64,000 bases of DNA from Spirochaetia bacterium (GCA_035530395.1 DATKUX010000146.1:273-64272), one strand, 5' to 3'. Positions 19,995 to 28,807 are shown, numbered from the stretch's first letter. The notes: a model not told the origin generated them from the sequence alone. Made by a program: numbers and translations.

Positions 19995-21446
19995 CTAATA
20001 CCTCTTGCGTCTTGCGGCGGCAGGGATGCCCAGTTCATCCCGGTACTTGGCAATAGTCCGGCGGGAAACGTTCATCCCCTGCCGGCCGAACATCTCCACC
20101 AGTCGCTGGTCCTTGAAAGGGTCCTTGGAGTCCTCGGTCGCGATAAACTCCTGCAGGCGGCACTTGATGCTTTGTGCCGAAGTAAGCGTCCCGTCGTCAT
20201 TGTTTAGCCCGGTAGAAAAGAAATACTTCATCTCAAAAACGCCGAGCGGTGTCTGGATGTGCTTATTGGCCGTGGCCCGGCTGACCGTGGACTCGTGCAA
20301 GCCCAGATTCCCGGCTACTTTCCTCAGGTTCAAGGGCTTTAGGTACCGCACCCCGTAGTCGAGGAAATCACGCTGCAACTCCACCAAACATTCCGTTACC
20401 CGGTAGAGAGTAACCTTTCTCTGCTCAATGCTGCGAATCAACCAACTGGCCGCATTCAGCCTCGATTCCAGGTAGCGCCTGGTCGGGGGATCCTCACCGG
20501 ACCGGTTCAAAAGGGAGCGGTAAGCCCGGTTAATGATAAGGCGGGGTGTCGCCGCGTCGTTGATGATTATGACGTAGTCGCCGCCCACCTTTTCCAACAC
20601 CACGTCCGGCACGATGTACCTGGTATCCTCCGCGCCGGCAAAGTTACAGGCAGGTTTCGGATCGAGTCTCTTGATGAAATCGGCGGCCTTCTGGACCTCC
20701 TGAACCGTCACCGACAGACGGCGGGCTATCCGGTTGAGCTTGCCTCCGGCCAGGTCCTCCAGATGGCTTTCAATAATCCGGCGGACCAGGGAATCAATCG
20801 GGGCAAGCTGGTCCAACTGGTTCAACAGGCACTCCTTCAGGTCGCGGGCGCCGATCCCGGGGGGATCGAAACCCTGGAGAACCGAGAGGGCCTGCCCCAC
20901 TTGGGCTTCCTCCACGTGCAGACTGGCGCAGACCTCATCCACCGAGCAGCACAGGTAGCCATGCTCGTCCAGGTTGCCTATCAGATACGCGCCGATCTTT
21001 TTTACCGTGCCCCGGCACGGACTCAAATCCAGTTGAAACAGCAGGTGTTCAGCCAAGGTGGGTGCCCTGCTGACGAAGTTTTCATAGCCGGTATCCCGGG
21101 ACCGATCCTGGTTTATACGGGCCGGAGCATGGTCGGCATACTCCGCAAAGTATTCCTCCCAGTCCGTTTCCGCTTCCTTCTCGCGCTCGGCCGGTTCCTC
21201 AGCCGGCTCCTCAGCCGGCTCCTCGGCCGGTTCTTCCGGCTGTTCCCCGCTATCCTCGTCCCGTATTTCCAAAAACGGGTTTTCCAAAAGCTCCTGCTCC
21301 ACGTACTGGGACAGCTCCAAAGAGGAAAGTTGCAGCACGGTTATAGCCTGGCGCAACTCCGGGGTCATAACCAATTTTTGGGTCTGTTCCAGTTTCAGAC
21401 CGTAGCCGATCACTAGGCTCACCCCCTGACCGGAAAACCGGTGCAT
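19995..21446 (-). CDS. rpoN: RNA polymerase sigma-54 factor
   Basis: Region I LKLEQTQKLVMTPELRQAITVLQL, an acidic region II, and a C-terminal RpoN box ARRTIAKYR. The exact start is uncertain. Confidence 0.93.
   Translation of the reverse strand: MHRFSGQGVSLVIGYGLKLEQTQKLVMTPELRQAITVLQLSSLELSQYVEQELLENPFLEIRDEDSGEQPEEPAEEPAEEPAEEPAEREKEAETDWEEYFAEYADHAPARINQDRSRDTGYENFVSRAPTLAEHLLFQLDLSPCRGTVKKIGAYLIGNLDEHGYLCCSVDEVCASLHVEEAQVGQALSVLQGFDPPGIGARDLKECLLNQLDQLAPIDSLVRRIIESHLEDLAGGKLNRIARRLSVTVQEVQKAADFIKRLDPKPACNFAGAEDTRYIVPDVVLEKVGGDYVIIINDAATPRLIINRAYRSLLNRSGEDPPTRRYLESRLNAASWLIRSIEQRKVTLYRVTECLVELQRDFLDYGVRYLKPLNLRKVAGNLGLHESTVSRATANKHIQTPLGVFEMKYFFSTGLNNDDGTLTSAQSIKCRLQEFIATEDSKDPFKDQRLVEMFGRQGMNVSRRTIAKYRDELGIPAAARRKRY
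21190..21237 (-). repeat. 12-nt tandem repeat x4 inside rpoN region II (EEPA)4
   Basis: Plus strand GCCGGTTCCTCA GCCGGCTCCTCA GCCGGCTCCTCG GCCGGTTCTTCC encodes EEPAEEPAEEPAEEPA. Confidence 0.85.
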
Positions 21447-21559
21447 CTTTGAAATTCGCCGTCCGGCACCGGATTTCCTGCCCGCATTCTCTCTACAGGA
21501 TATTCGGCACCGTGGCCAAAGAAGCCCCCTCTATCCGTTTAACGGTGCAGGGATTTACC

Positions 21560-22525
21560 TTATGTCAGACTTCTGCCGGCTCCGGGCCCCGTCGCGCCCA
21601 GCTTTGCGGCCAGTTGTTCCAGGCGCCGCAACCGGTGGTTGACCGCCGACTTGGAGATCTGCGGCTCCATCATTTCCCCCAATTCCTGCAAACTGGCATC
21701 GGGGTTTTCCACGCGCAAGGCGGCTATGACCCGGAGAGCAGGCGGCAACCTTCTCAGACCCAGTATTTCATCCAGCTGCCCTATGCTCTCCAACTGGCGC
21801 AAGCTTGCTTCCACCGTCCGGTTCAGGTTGGCCGTCTCGCAGTTGACCACCCGGTTGACGTCCCCCTTGACTCCCCTCAGCACACGCGCGTTTTCAAACT
21901 CCAGGAAGGCGGTGTGGGCACCGGCCAGCTTCAAAAAGGCGGCGATGGATTCACTTTCCTTGAGATAGACCACATGGCGCCCTTTGCGCGGGCAGCCCAA
22001 AGCCTTGAGCCCGAAACGCCGCATCAGGGCGGACACATCCCGCGCTTTCCGGGCGGAGTTCGTGACTATTTCCAGGTGGTAATCCCCGGCCGGGTTGCTG
22101 ACCGAGCCGGCGGCCAGAAAGGCCCCCCGCAGGTAGGCCCGCCGGCAGCAATCCCGGCCGGTTAAACGGGCCGGGCAAGTCTGCGAAAGAAGCCCCGACC
22201 GGTCCAGGAGACCTAGACCGGCCAGGACGAGACGGGGCTGCGCACACTCGGGCAGACGAACCCGGTAGAGGTTGTTTTTGTGCAGCCGCGCTCCTTTGTA
22301 GACCTGCACCTCGGCGGACAGGCCGGCACATTCCTTGAAAAGGGTGAACGTCTTTCTGGCCACCGCTGCGCTGGGGGTAACCACGGCGAGACACAGGCGC
22401 CTGTCGCCGGCGATCTCCAGACGGCCGGCCAGGCTCACCAGCGCCGCCAGTTCGGCTTTCCGGCAACAGGCGGACGTACTCCCCACGCGGGCCAGTTCGC
22501 TTTTGGTCAGAGCTGAAAAAGACAT
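21560..22525 (-). CDS. whiA: DNA-binding protein WhiA
   Basis: 321 aa with the WhiA-type N-terminus MSFSALTKSELARV, LAGLIDADG-like repeats and a C-terminal HTH. Found in the usual neighbourhood with yvcK/rapZ. Confidence 0.85.
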   Translation of the reverse strand: MSFSALTKSELARVGSTSACCRKAELAALVSLAGRLEIAGDRRLCLAVVTPSAAVARKTFTLFKECAGLSAEVQVYKGARLHKNNLYRVRLPECAQPRLVLAGLGLLDRSGLLSQTCPARLTGRDCCRRAYLRGAFLAAGSVSNPAGDYHLEIVTNSARKARDVSALMRRFGLKALGCPRKGRHVVYLKESESIAAFLKLAGAHTAFLEFENARVLRGVKGDVNRVVNCETANLNRTVEASLRQLESIGQLDEILGLRRLPPALRVIAALRVENPDASLQELGEMMEPQISKSAVNHRLRRLEQLAAKLGATGPGAGRSLT

Positions 22526-22543
22526 GGCGGTACCCCCCCTCGT

Positions 22544-23338
22544 TCAGCCGGTTCCCAGGAGCAGGGCGGCAAAGTCGGCCGGGCCGATCCGGCCGTTGAC
22601 ACGCAGGCGGCGCAAGGCGTACAGGTCGGCCCCGGGCCTGTTGACCCCGGGCCGGGTGGAAACGGCGCCCCGGTAATACCGGCGGGCCAGCCGGCGGGTC
22701 TTTTGGTCAAAACTTCCGTACGGGTAGCAGAAAAAGGCTACCGGGCGGCCCAAAGCGCTTTCCAGGATGGTCCGGGAAGAGAGTAATTCCGCCACCGCCT
22801 GGTCCGGCGCCAGGCCGGCCATATGGAGGTGCCTGGCGCCGTGGGACTCGAAGTCGATACCGTCCGCCGCCATCTCCCTTATCTGGCCCCACTGCAACAT
22901 CGGCAGAACCGGCCCCCGGTCAAAATAGTTGGTTTTATCAACGGCCCCGGCCACCAGGAATATTGTGGCCGGGAAATGGTACTTCTTTAATACGGGGAAG
23001 GCGAAACGGTAATTGTCCTCGTAGCCGTCATCGAAGGTTATAACCACGGGCCGGGGCTCCAGGGCACCTCCCCGCCGCAGGTAGGCGACCGCCCGGTCCA
23101 GGGTGACCGGGTGGTAACCGGCCCGGGCCAGGTAGTCCATCTGCCGGGCGAACTGCCCGGGGGTAACCTTCAGGCCGGGACCGCCCGGACTGGTCGCCGT
23201 ATCCACCCGGTGATACATGAGCACCGGCACGAACCGCTCCCTGCCCCCGGCCCGTCCCTCGTCGGGCACCAAAATCCCGGGCTGCAGGGCTAAAAAGACA
23301 ATCAGACAGGCCGCGAAAACGAGACTTCTTATAGCCAC
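22544..23338 (-). CDS. Polysaccharide deacetylase (CE4) family protein, secreted
   Basis: Signal/TM N-terminus. NodB motifs VVITFDDGYEDNY and HGARH. Confidence 0.85.
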   Translation of the reverse strand: MAIRSLVFAACLIVFLALQPGILVPDEGRAGGRERFVPVLMYHRVDTATSPGGPGLKVTPGQFARQMDYLARAGYHPVTLDRAVAYLRRGGALEPRPVVITFDDGYEDNYRFAFPVLKKYHFPATIFLVAGAVDKTNYFDRGPVLPMLQWGQIREMAADGIDFESHGARHLHMAGLAPDQAVAELLSSRTILESALGRPVAFFCYPYGSFDQKTRRLARRYYRGAVSTRPGVNRPGADLYALRRLRVNGRIGPADFAALLLGTG

Positions 23339-24747
23339 CGCCCCCCCGGCCCCGGGGCGGGCATGATCATTATCACAAACGGCCCGTAACCATTGGGGGG
23401 CAGGGTTGTCCGCAACACGTAGGTATGGCCGGGCACCGCGTAAGGCAGATCGAACACCACATGTCCCTGCCCCAGCGGCTGGAGGGAACGGGGCGACCGG
23501 TAATAGCCGGCATAGCCGGGATCCCGGAAGGACACCGTCCTTACGACACCGTCCAAATCGAAGACCAGATGCTGGTCATACATATCCGGCGAGGCCAGCG
23601 GCCCGCTGTAAAGGGCCGGTTGAACGGCTACCGCCGCCGGTCCCGACAACTGGAGCCGGAAGACGTACACAATCCCGTAGTTGCCGCTGTCCTGGGCCCG
23701 GACATGATCGTCAAGGCCGTTTGCGGAGACGTCATTGACGAACATATCCGGTTCATAACCTGGGGCGGTGTCCGGACCACTATCACGGGCGAAATACTGC
23801 TGGGCCACCTGCACAGCTACGGGCTTCACCCCCGGTCCCGGGTCATACCTGATGGTCATGGTCCGGTCGGCCCCGGCAAAAATCCCCCGCTGGTGGAACG
23901 GAGTCGGCGAGGGCGCGCCCGGGGCGTCATCGGCCGGAGATATCACGTCCGATTTGTCGGCCAGCCGGTAGAAAGAGGTAAAGTCGGTCCCGTAACGGGT
24001 GATGAGGACCTCCACCCCGATCCCGCCGTCTGATACGGGCGTCACCAACTGACCGGTCTTTTGGTCGCGTAGGACGAAGTCGAACAGGCCCATGGCCCAG
24101 GCTCCCGGGCCCACGTTTTCCTGGTAGAGGTAGGAACCGCCCGGAGCCAGGTCGGCCAACCGGTGTTCCTCGTCGCCGTCCCCGCTGGCAAACCACTTTT
24201 CCACCAGGGTGGTGCCTTCCCGGCCGCCGAAGTCCGGTCCGGGGCCGGACCCCCCGGCAGCCGGCGCATAGTCCACCGGCCCCGCCAGGGTGCCGTTTCT
24301 GTCCGTGGTGCGCATTGTCGCCATACGCGTCCAAAAAAGGGAGACCGCCCGGCCGGTGTGGTTGACGACAGCCACACCTATGGTCGCCGGATCGTCCACC
24401 CGGGGGTTGCGCGGATCGAAAAGCAGGTTTTTATGGCTGTAAAGGAGCCGGAAACGGCCCGACATGACGTTATCCATTTTACACAGTATGCCGGGCCGGT
24501 TGGGAAACTCGGGGCTGTTGCTCAGCACCAGGGGCTGGGTGGAAAGATCCAGGGCCCGGCCCCGGCTGAGTGATACCGCCTGATCGAACACGCTCGCCGC
24601 TACCGTGAACTGACCGGGATCGGCCGGCGCGGGTACAGCGGTTCCCCACCAGCCGGCCAAAACGAGTAAAATTGCAAGAAGTCGCGTCCAACGGTGCAAG
24701 AAGAAGTCACCAAAAGTTGCCGCGCGGAAGCCCCTGGATTTATCCAT
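23329..24747 (-). CDS. Secreted hypothetical protein (no recognisable domain)
   Basis: 472 aa from ATG 24747. Signal-like WTRLLAILLVLAGWWGTAVPAPA. It overlaps the deacetylase start by 10 nt. The start codon lies inside the IscB element end hairpin. Confidence 0.6.
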   Translation of the reverse strand: MDKSRGFRAATFGDFFLHRWTRLLAILLVLAGWWGTAVPAPADPGQFTVAASVFDQAVSLSRGRALDLSTQPLVLSNSPEFPNRPGILCKMDNVMSGRFRLLYSHKNLLFDPRNPRVDDPATIGVAVVNHTGRAVSLFWTRMATMRTTDRNGTLAGPVDYAPAAGGSGPGPDFGGREGTTLVEKWFASGDGDEEHRLADLAPGGSYLYQENVGPGAWAMGLFDFVLRDQKTGQLVTPVSDGGIGVEVLITRYGTDFTSFYRLADKSDVISPADDAPGAPSPTPFHQRGIFAGADRTMTIRYDPGPGVKPVAVQVAQQYFARDSGPDTAPGYEPDMFVNDVSANGLDDHVRAQDSGNYGIVYVFRLQLSGPAAVAVQPALYSGPLASPDMYDQHLVFDLDGVVRTVSFRDPGYAGYYRSPRSLQPLGQGHVVFDLPYAVPGHTYVLRTTLPPNGYGPFVIMIMPAPGPGGRWL

Positions 24748-26584
24748 GGGGAGGAATCGCGGCACCGGCGTCAGCCGGCATCCTTTCGTGTTGCCAACCA
24801 TTGGCCCTTTGCCGCAACCGGCAATACTTTACCGGGATCCCCTGGCAGATCCGTTTCCCCGTGCCTTCCTTGATGTCGAAGTAGCCACTCTTTCTGACAG
24901 CCACCCGGCCGCGCCAACTGCCTGTGTACTTCCCTTTCGGGATATCGGCCGCCACCAGGTCGCCGGTCTTGAAACCGCAGTGGGTCTTCTTCCGTTCTCG
25001 CCACCGATAGGGAAATCCGTACTTGTCGATCCCGGCCATCTGCCGGTTGCCCCGACCGGTGGCCGTGTAGACCTCGACAAACGACACAGCCACCGTTTCC
25101 GGAAGGTTTTTCCCCACGCACGCGGCATCATAGTAGTGGGTCTTCGGTAGTTTTAACACCTGGGTACGATTGTACTTCGTCAGGCCACCGCTCCCGGTTT
25201 CCAGGGGCAACGCGAGAGCCGTGAGCCGTCGATAGAGCCCCCACCTGGTCGCGTTCATCATGGCCGCATCCTTCAGGGGCTGTTTCAACTCTTGGAGCGC
25301 CTTTGGCAGATTATCTGTCCGAATCTGGTCCAGGGCCTTGCCGGACGCCCGCAACTGTTCCAGCCACTCCTCCGGCTGCAGGTTGCCCTTATCATCATTG
25401 CACTTCTTGCAGGCGATGACCAAATTCGAGACCCGGTCCGTGCCCTTCGGCCCGTGGTCCGGGTTCCTTGGAACCACGTGCTCCACGTTCAGAACAGGGT
25501 CTCCGGAGGCACCCCGACAGTAAGCGCATAGGCGGGCAAATTTCTGCAGCAGGTACTCCCGCACCTCGTACCCGGCCAAGGTACCCTGCTGGTACTCGAC
25601 GCCGGAGATGTCCGGATTCTCCATCAGTTGGGTATCGAACCGGATCAACTCCATCGCGATCGCGGTGATGGGCAGGAGCTGGCGCATCTTACACACCCAG
25701 GACAAAGTCTCCTCCACCCGGGCCCGGAGCGAAGGCGGCAGCCACGCCTCCCGGAGACCGTTGTCAACGAACCGCCCGGCCTCATGGCACGGACGGCAGT
25801 ACCGGCTGCCGTGTTTCGCGTTCCGGCCACAGGCGGCACACTTCTCCGGGTGCCGATTGTTGAACCGGGGTTCCCGATACCGGGTCTTCCGGTTCCTGCG
25901 GCTCCGGCGTTGCTCCCGCCGGGCGTCCAGGTTTCCCTTGATGTCCGTCCGGTGTCGACATTCATAGCAGCCTATGGTTACTTTACCGTCCCGGACCACC
26001 GCACCCCCGGTTACTTTCGACCCGGGATCCAGCTTCATGTCGAGGGGTTGCAGAACACTGTCCTCAACCAAGCGGTCTTTCAGTCTGATCGTGAACGGAG
26101 CCATCTTGTGGACCACCGCCCGGCCGTGCTCCAAAAGTAGCCGGGCCCGTTTCTCGCTACATGGCATTAATGGTTTTTTGCGCTTGTCGAGTACATAAAC
26201 CACATGATTTCATCCTTTCTCTCCTTTCGGAGATCCCTTACGGGACCGGTTCCGCGCCGGGCTCGACACCCGGCATCTCTCCTCGCCGATGTTATCCCGG
26301 CTTTGCGCCGGCGGCACTGCTCGCATATAGTACGGTGATTACTGTGAATATGCTGTGTCCATTGTTACATCCACCCCTGCTCGCTGTTTAACCGCCGACG
26401 GCAGCTCCTGGAACTGGAGAAGCATCCCAGGGTGCCGGGACCGGAATAACGTAGTCTGCTCGCTCGGAGATCCCGGCAGACTTGGGCTGGTCATAGCGCC
26501 CTTGCGGGCTTTCTCGCCTAAATCCGGAGACTGTCGGAGGAGGACCTCCTCAAGCCCCCGGCTTTAGCCGTGGGGTCTATGACC
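24708..26584 (-). mobile_element. Non-autonomous IS200/IS605-type element carrying iscB + omega-RNA (copy 1)
   Basis: The ends were defined by comparison with copy 2. Similarity starts at CACCAAA (24708) and stops after ...GTGGGGTnnnTGAC (26583). Subterminal hairpins lie at 24731-24751 and 26556-26575. No tnpA. Confidence 0.7.
24740..26203 (-). CDS. iscB: IscB RNA-guided endonuclease (PLMP + split RuvC + bridge helix + HNH)
   Basis: 487 aa. Motifs: KKPLMPC (PLMP); LDPGSKVTG (RuvC-I); RREQRRSRRNRKTRYREPRFNNR (Arg-rich helix); IAMELIRFD (RuvC-II); CAYC...NVEHVVP...SNLVIACKKCNDDKGN (HNH); KTHYYDAA (RuvC-III). GTG start with an AGGAGAGAAAGGA RBS. Confidence 0.9.
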   Translation of the reverse strand: MVYVLDKRKKPLMPCSEKRARLLLEHGRAVVHKMAPFTIRLKDRLVEDSVLQPLDMKLDPGSKVTGGAVVRDGKVTIGCYECRHRTDIKGNLDARREQRRSRRNRKTRYREPRFNNRHPEKCAACGRNAKHGSRYCRPCHEAGRFVDNGLREAWLPPSLRARVEETLSWVCKMRQLLPITAIAMELIRFDTQLMENPDISGVEYQQGTLAGYEVREYLLQKFARLCAYCRGASGDPVLNVEHVVPRNPDHGPKGTDRVSNLVIACKKCNDDKGNLQPEEWLEQLRASGKALDQIRTDNLPKALQELKQPLKDAAMMNATRWGLYRRLTALALPLETGSGGLTKYNRTQVLKLPKTHYYDAACVGKNLPETVAVSFVEVYTATGRGNRQMAGIDKYGFPYRWRERKKTHCGFKTGDLVAADIPKGKYTGSWRGRVAVRKSGYFDIKEGTGKRICQGIPVKYCRLRQRANGWQHERMPADAGAAIPPHG

Positions 26585-26599
26585 AATCCTTTTTAGCCG
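26204..26599 (-). ncRNA. Candidate omega-RNA of IscB copy 1 (scaffold about 26204-26584, putative guide about 26584-26599)
   Basis: 380-nt non-coding gap directly 5' of iscB, dense in GC-rich hairpins. It is homologous to the region upstream of iscB-2, with compensatory changes. The extents are inferred, not measured. Confidence 0.65.
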
Positions 26600-27921
26600 G
26601 CAACGTTTTTAAGCAATTCCTTGATTTTCTTTTCCACCCGGAAGGGAATCAGGCCCATCCGTCCGGCGCGCCCCTGCCCGGCCAGCACCAGTTCCAGCAC
26701 GGCCCGACCCAGAAGCTCCGGGTCATGCCTCAGCAGGTCTCCTTCCCGCAGAAGGCGTCCGCCGACCACCCGCACGCCCAGCGCCTCCAGGGCGGCCAGG
26801 TCCACCTGCACCGGCGCGGATCCCTCTTCCCGGTAGCGCTCCAGCACCTTTCCCGGGGCCGGCTGCTGGTTCACCAGGACGCAGTTCACCTTCAACGGGG
26901 CGTGGGCCAATATGGCCCGGAAGTGGTCCGCCGCCGTGTAGCCGGCCGTTTCGCCCGGCTGGGTCATCACGTTCACCACATATATTTTGATGCCCGGGGC
27001 CTGGTTTATAGCCTCGGGAATCCCTTCCACCAGCAGGTTGGGGATGACGCTGGTGTACAGGCTGCCCGGGCCCAGCACTACCGCGTCAGCTTCCCGGATG
27101 GCCGCCAATACTTCTGCCGGCGGCCGGCAGGGAGCCGGTAACAGAAACACCCGCTCGACCGGCAGGGGACTCCGGGCAATGTGACACTGTCCCTTGAGGA
27201 CACTGCCATCGGCCAGGACGGCGCCCAGAACCACGTTGGCCAGGGTCACCGGCAGCACCCGGCCCCTAACCGCCAGTACCTTAGAGAGGCCCTGCACGGC
27301 CGCGAAAAAGTTACCGGTCACCTCGGTCAGGGCCGCCAGCATCAGGTTGCCCAGGCTGTGCCCAGCCAGTTCCCCTGTCCCGAAACGGTACTGCAAAACT
27401 TTTTCCATCAATGTTTCCTTGTCCGCCAGGGCGATCAGGCAATTCCGGATGTCCCCGGGGGGCAGGATACCCAGATCCTCGCGCAACCGGCCCGAACTAC
27501 CACCGTCATCGGCCACCGACACCACCGCCGTGATGTTGGCGGTGTACGCTTTAAGTCCCCTCAAAAGCACCGAGAGGCCGGTGCCGCCCCCGATCACCAC
27601 GATGCGCGGACCACGCTTCAGGTAGCGCCGGGCAAAGATGATGTCCACCAGGCGGCTTTGTTCCTCCGGCAGGAGAACCGTGACCACCGACCGGAAGGCC
27701 CGGTACAGGCCGGCCAGCAAAAGCGCGAAGCCGAGCAGGGCGAGCAGAGCCCCGGCTCCAAACCATTCCAGACTGTGGCGGCTCGGTCCCAGCACCGCCG
27801 CGGCGATCTGGGCGTTCTGGAAGAAGGAACCCGCCACCAGGAGTAACATCATCCCCGCCAGGGCCAGAATAAGCCACCTCTTCACCCGCAGGCCGGGATA
27901 GAGCCACTTCATTATTCTCAA
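26593..27921 (-). CDS. yvcK: Gluconeogenesis factor YvcK (CofD-like, UPF0052)
   Basis: GGGTGLSVLLRGLK motif. N-terminal TM segments. Neighbour of rapZ. Confidence 0.88.
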   Translation of the reverse strand: MRIMKWLYPGLRVKRWLILALAGMMLLLVAGSFFQNAQIAAAVLGPSRHSLEWFGAGALLALLGFALLLAGLYRAFRSVVTVLLPEEQSRLVDIIFARRYLKRGPRIVVIGGGTGLSVLLRGLKAYTANITAVVSVADDGGSSGRLREDLGILPPGDIRNCLIALADKETLMEKVLQYRFGTGELAGHSLGNLMLAALTEVTGNFFAAVQGLSKVLAVRGRVLPVTLANVVLGAVLADGSVLKGQCHIARSPLPVERVFLLPAPCRPPAEVLAAIREADAVVLGPGSLYTSVIPNLLVEGIPEAINQAPGIKIYVVNVMTQPGETAGYTAADHFRAILAHAPLKVNCVLVNQQPAPGKVLERYREEGSAPVQVDLAALEALGVRVVGGRLLREGDLLRHDPELLGRAVLELVLAGQGRAGRMGLIPFRVEKKIKELLKNVAG

Positions 27922-27937
27922 TCAACGAGCCCGCCCT

Positions 27938-28807
27938 TCAAACCCGGTTGACGTCACGGTGCCGGACCCTCACCCGGAAACCCCGCTCCTTGAAGATTTC
28001 GCCCAGCCGGTTGGCCAGGGCCACCGAGCGATGCATGCCGCCCGTGCAACCGATGGCGATCATCAGCGTCGTTTTTCCTTCCTTGGTGTAAAAGGGGATC
28101 ACGTATTCAATAAGATTTATGAACCTTTTCATGAACTCGACTGTTACCGGAGAAGCAAAGACGTAGTCAGCCACCGGCGCATCGTTACCGGTGAAAAGTT
28201 TCAACTCGGCCACATAGTGGGGGTTGGGGAGAAAGCGCACATCCATCACCAGATCCGAGTCGAGCGGTATCCCGTACTTGAACCCGAAGGAAACCACTGT
28301 AACCAGCAGGCCGCCGGTGTCGGGCCCCTCGCCGAAGACACTGGCCAGTTCGTCCTTCAGTTGGCGGCTGGTGAGGTCCGAGGTGTCGATGATCTTATGG
28401 GCCCGTCCCTTGAGCTCTTCCAGTCGGCGGCGTTCCTCCCTTATCCCGGTCAGGATTTCCGTGGAAAGGGGGTGGCGGCGGCGTGTTTCCTTGAAGCGGC
28501 GTACGAGGGCCTCGTCGGACGCGTCCAGGAACAGGATTTCGTAGCGTACGCCGCTGCGGTCCAGGTCGGCCAGCACCTCGAACAGGGTGTCGAAAAACTC
28601 GCCGCCCCGGATATCAACCACCAGGGCGACATTGCTTATCCGGCCGGCCGTCTGCGCCAGGAGTTCCCCAAACTTGGGAATGAGGGCCGGGGGCAGGTTG
28701 TCGACGCAGAAGAACCCCAGGTCCTCCAGGCTACGCAAGGCCTGCGTCTTCCCCGCCCCGGACAGCCCGGTTACAATTACCAGTCTGGGCTGGGTTATGA
28801 TAAACAC
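27938..28807 (-). CDS. rapZ: RNase adapter protein RapZ (YvcJ)
   Basis: [32 protein letters not shown] and C-terminal [10 protein letters not shown] motifs. Confidence 0.92.
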   Translation of the reverse strand: MFIITQPRLVIVTGLSGAGKTQALRSLEDLGFFCVDNLPPALIPKFGELLAQTAGRISNVALVVDIRGGEFFDTLFEVLADLDRSGVRYEILFLDASDEALVRRFKETRRRHPLSTEILTGIREERRRLEELKGRAHKIIDTSDLTSRQLKDELASVFGEGPDTGGLLVTVVSFGFKYGIPLDSDLVMDVRFLPNPHYVAELKLFTGNDAPVADYVFASPVTVEFMKRFINLIEYVIPFYTKEGKTTLMIAIGCTGGMHRSVALANRLGEIFKERGFRVRVRHRDVNRV

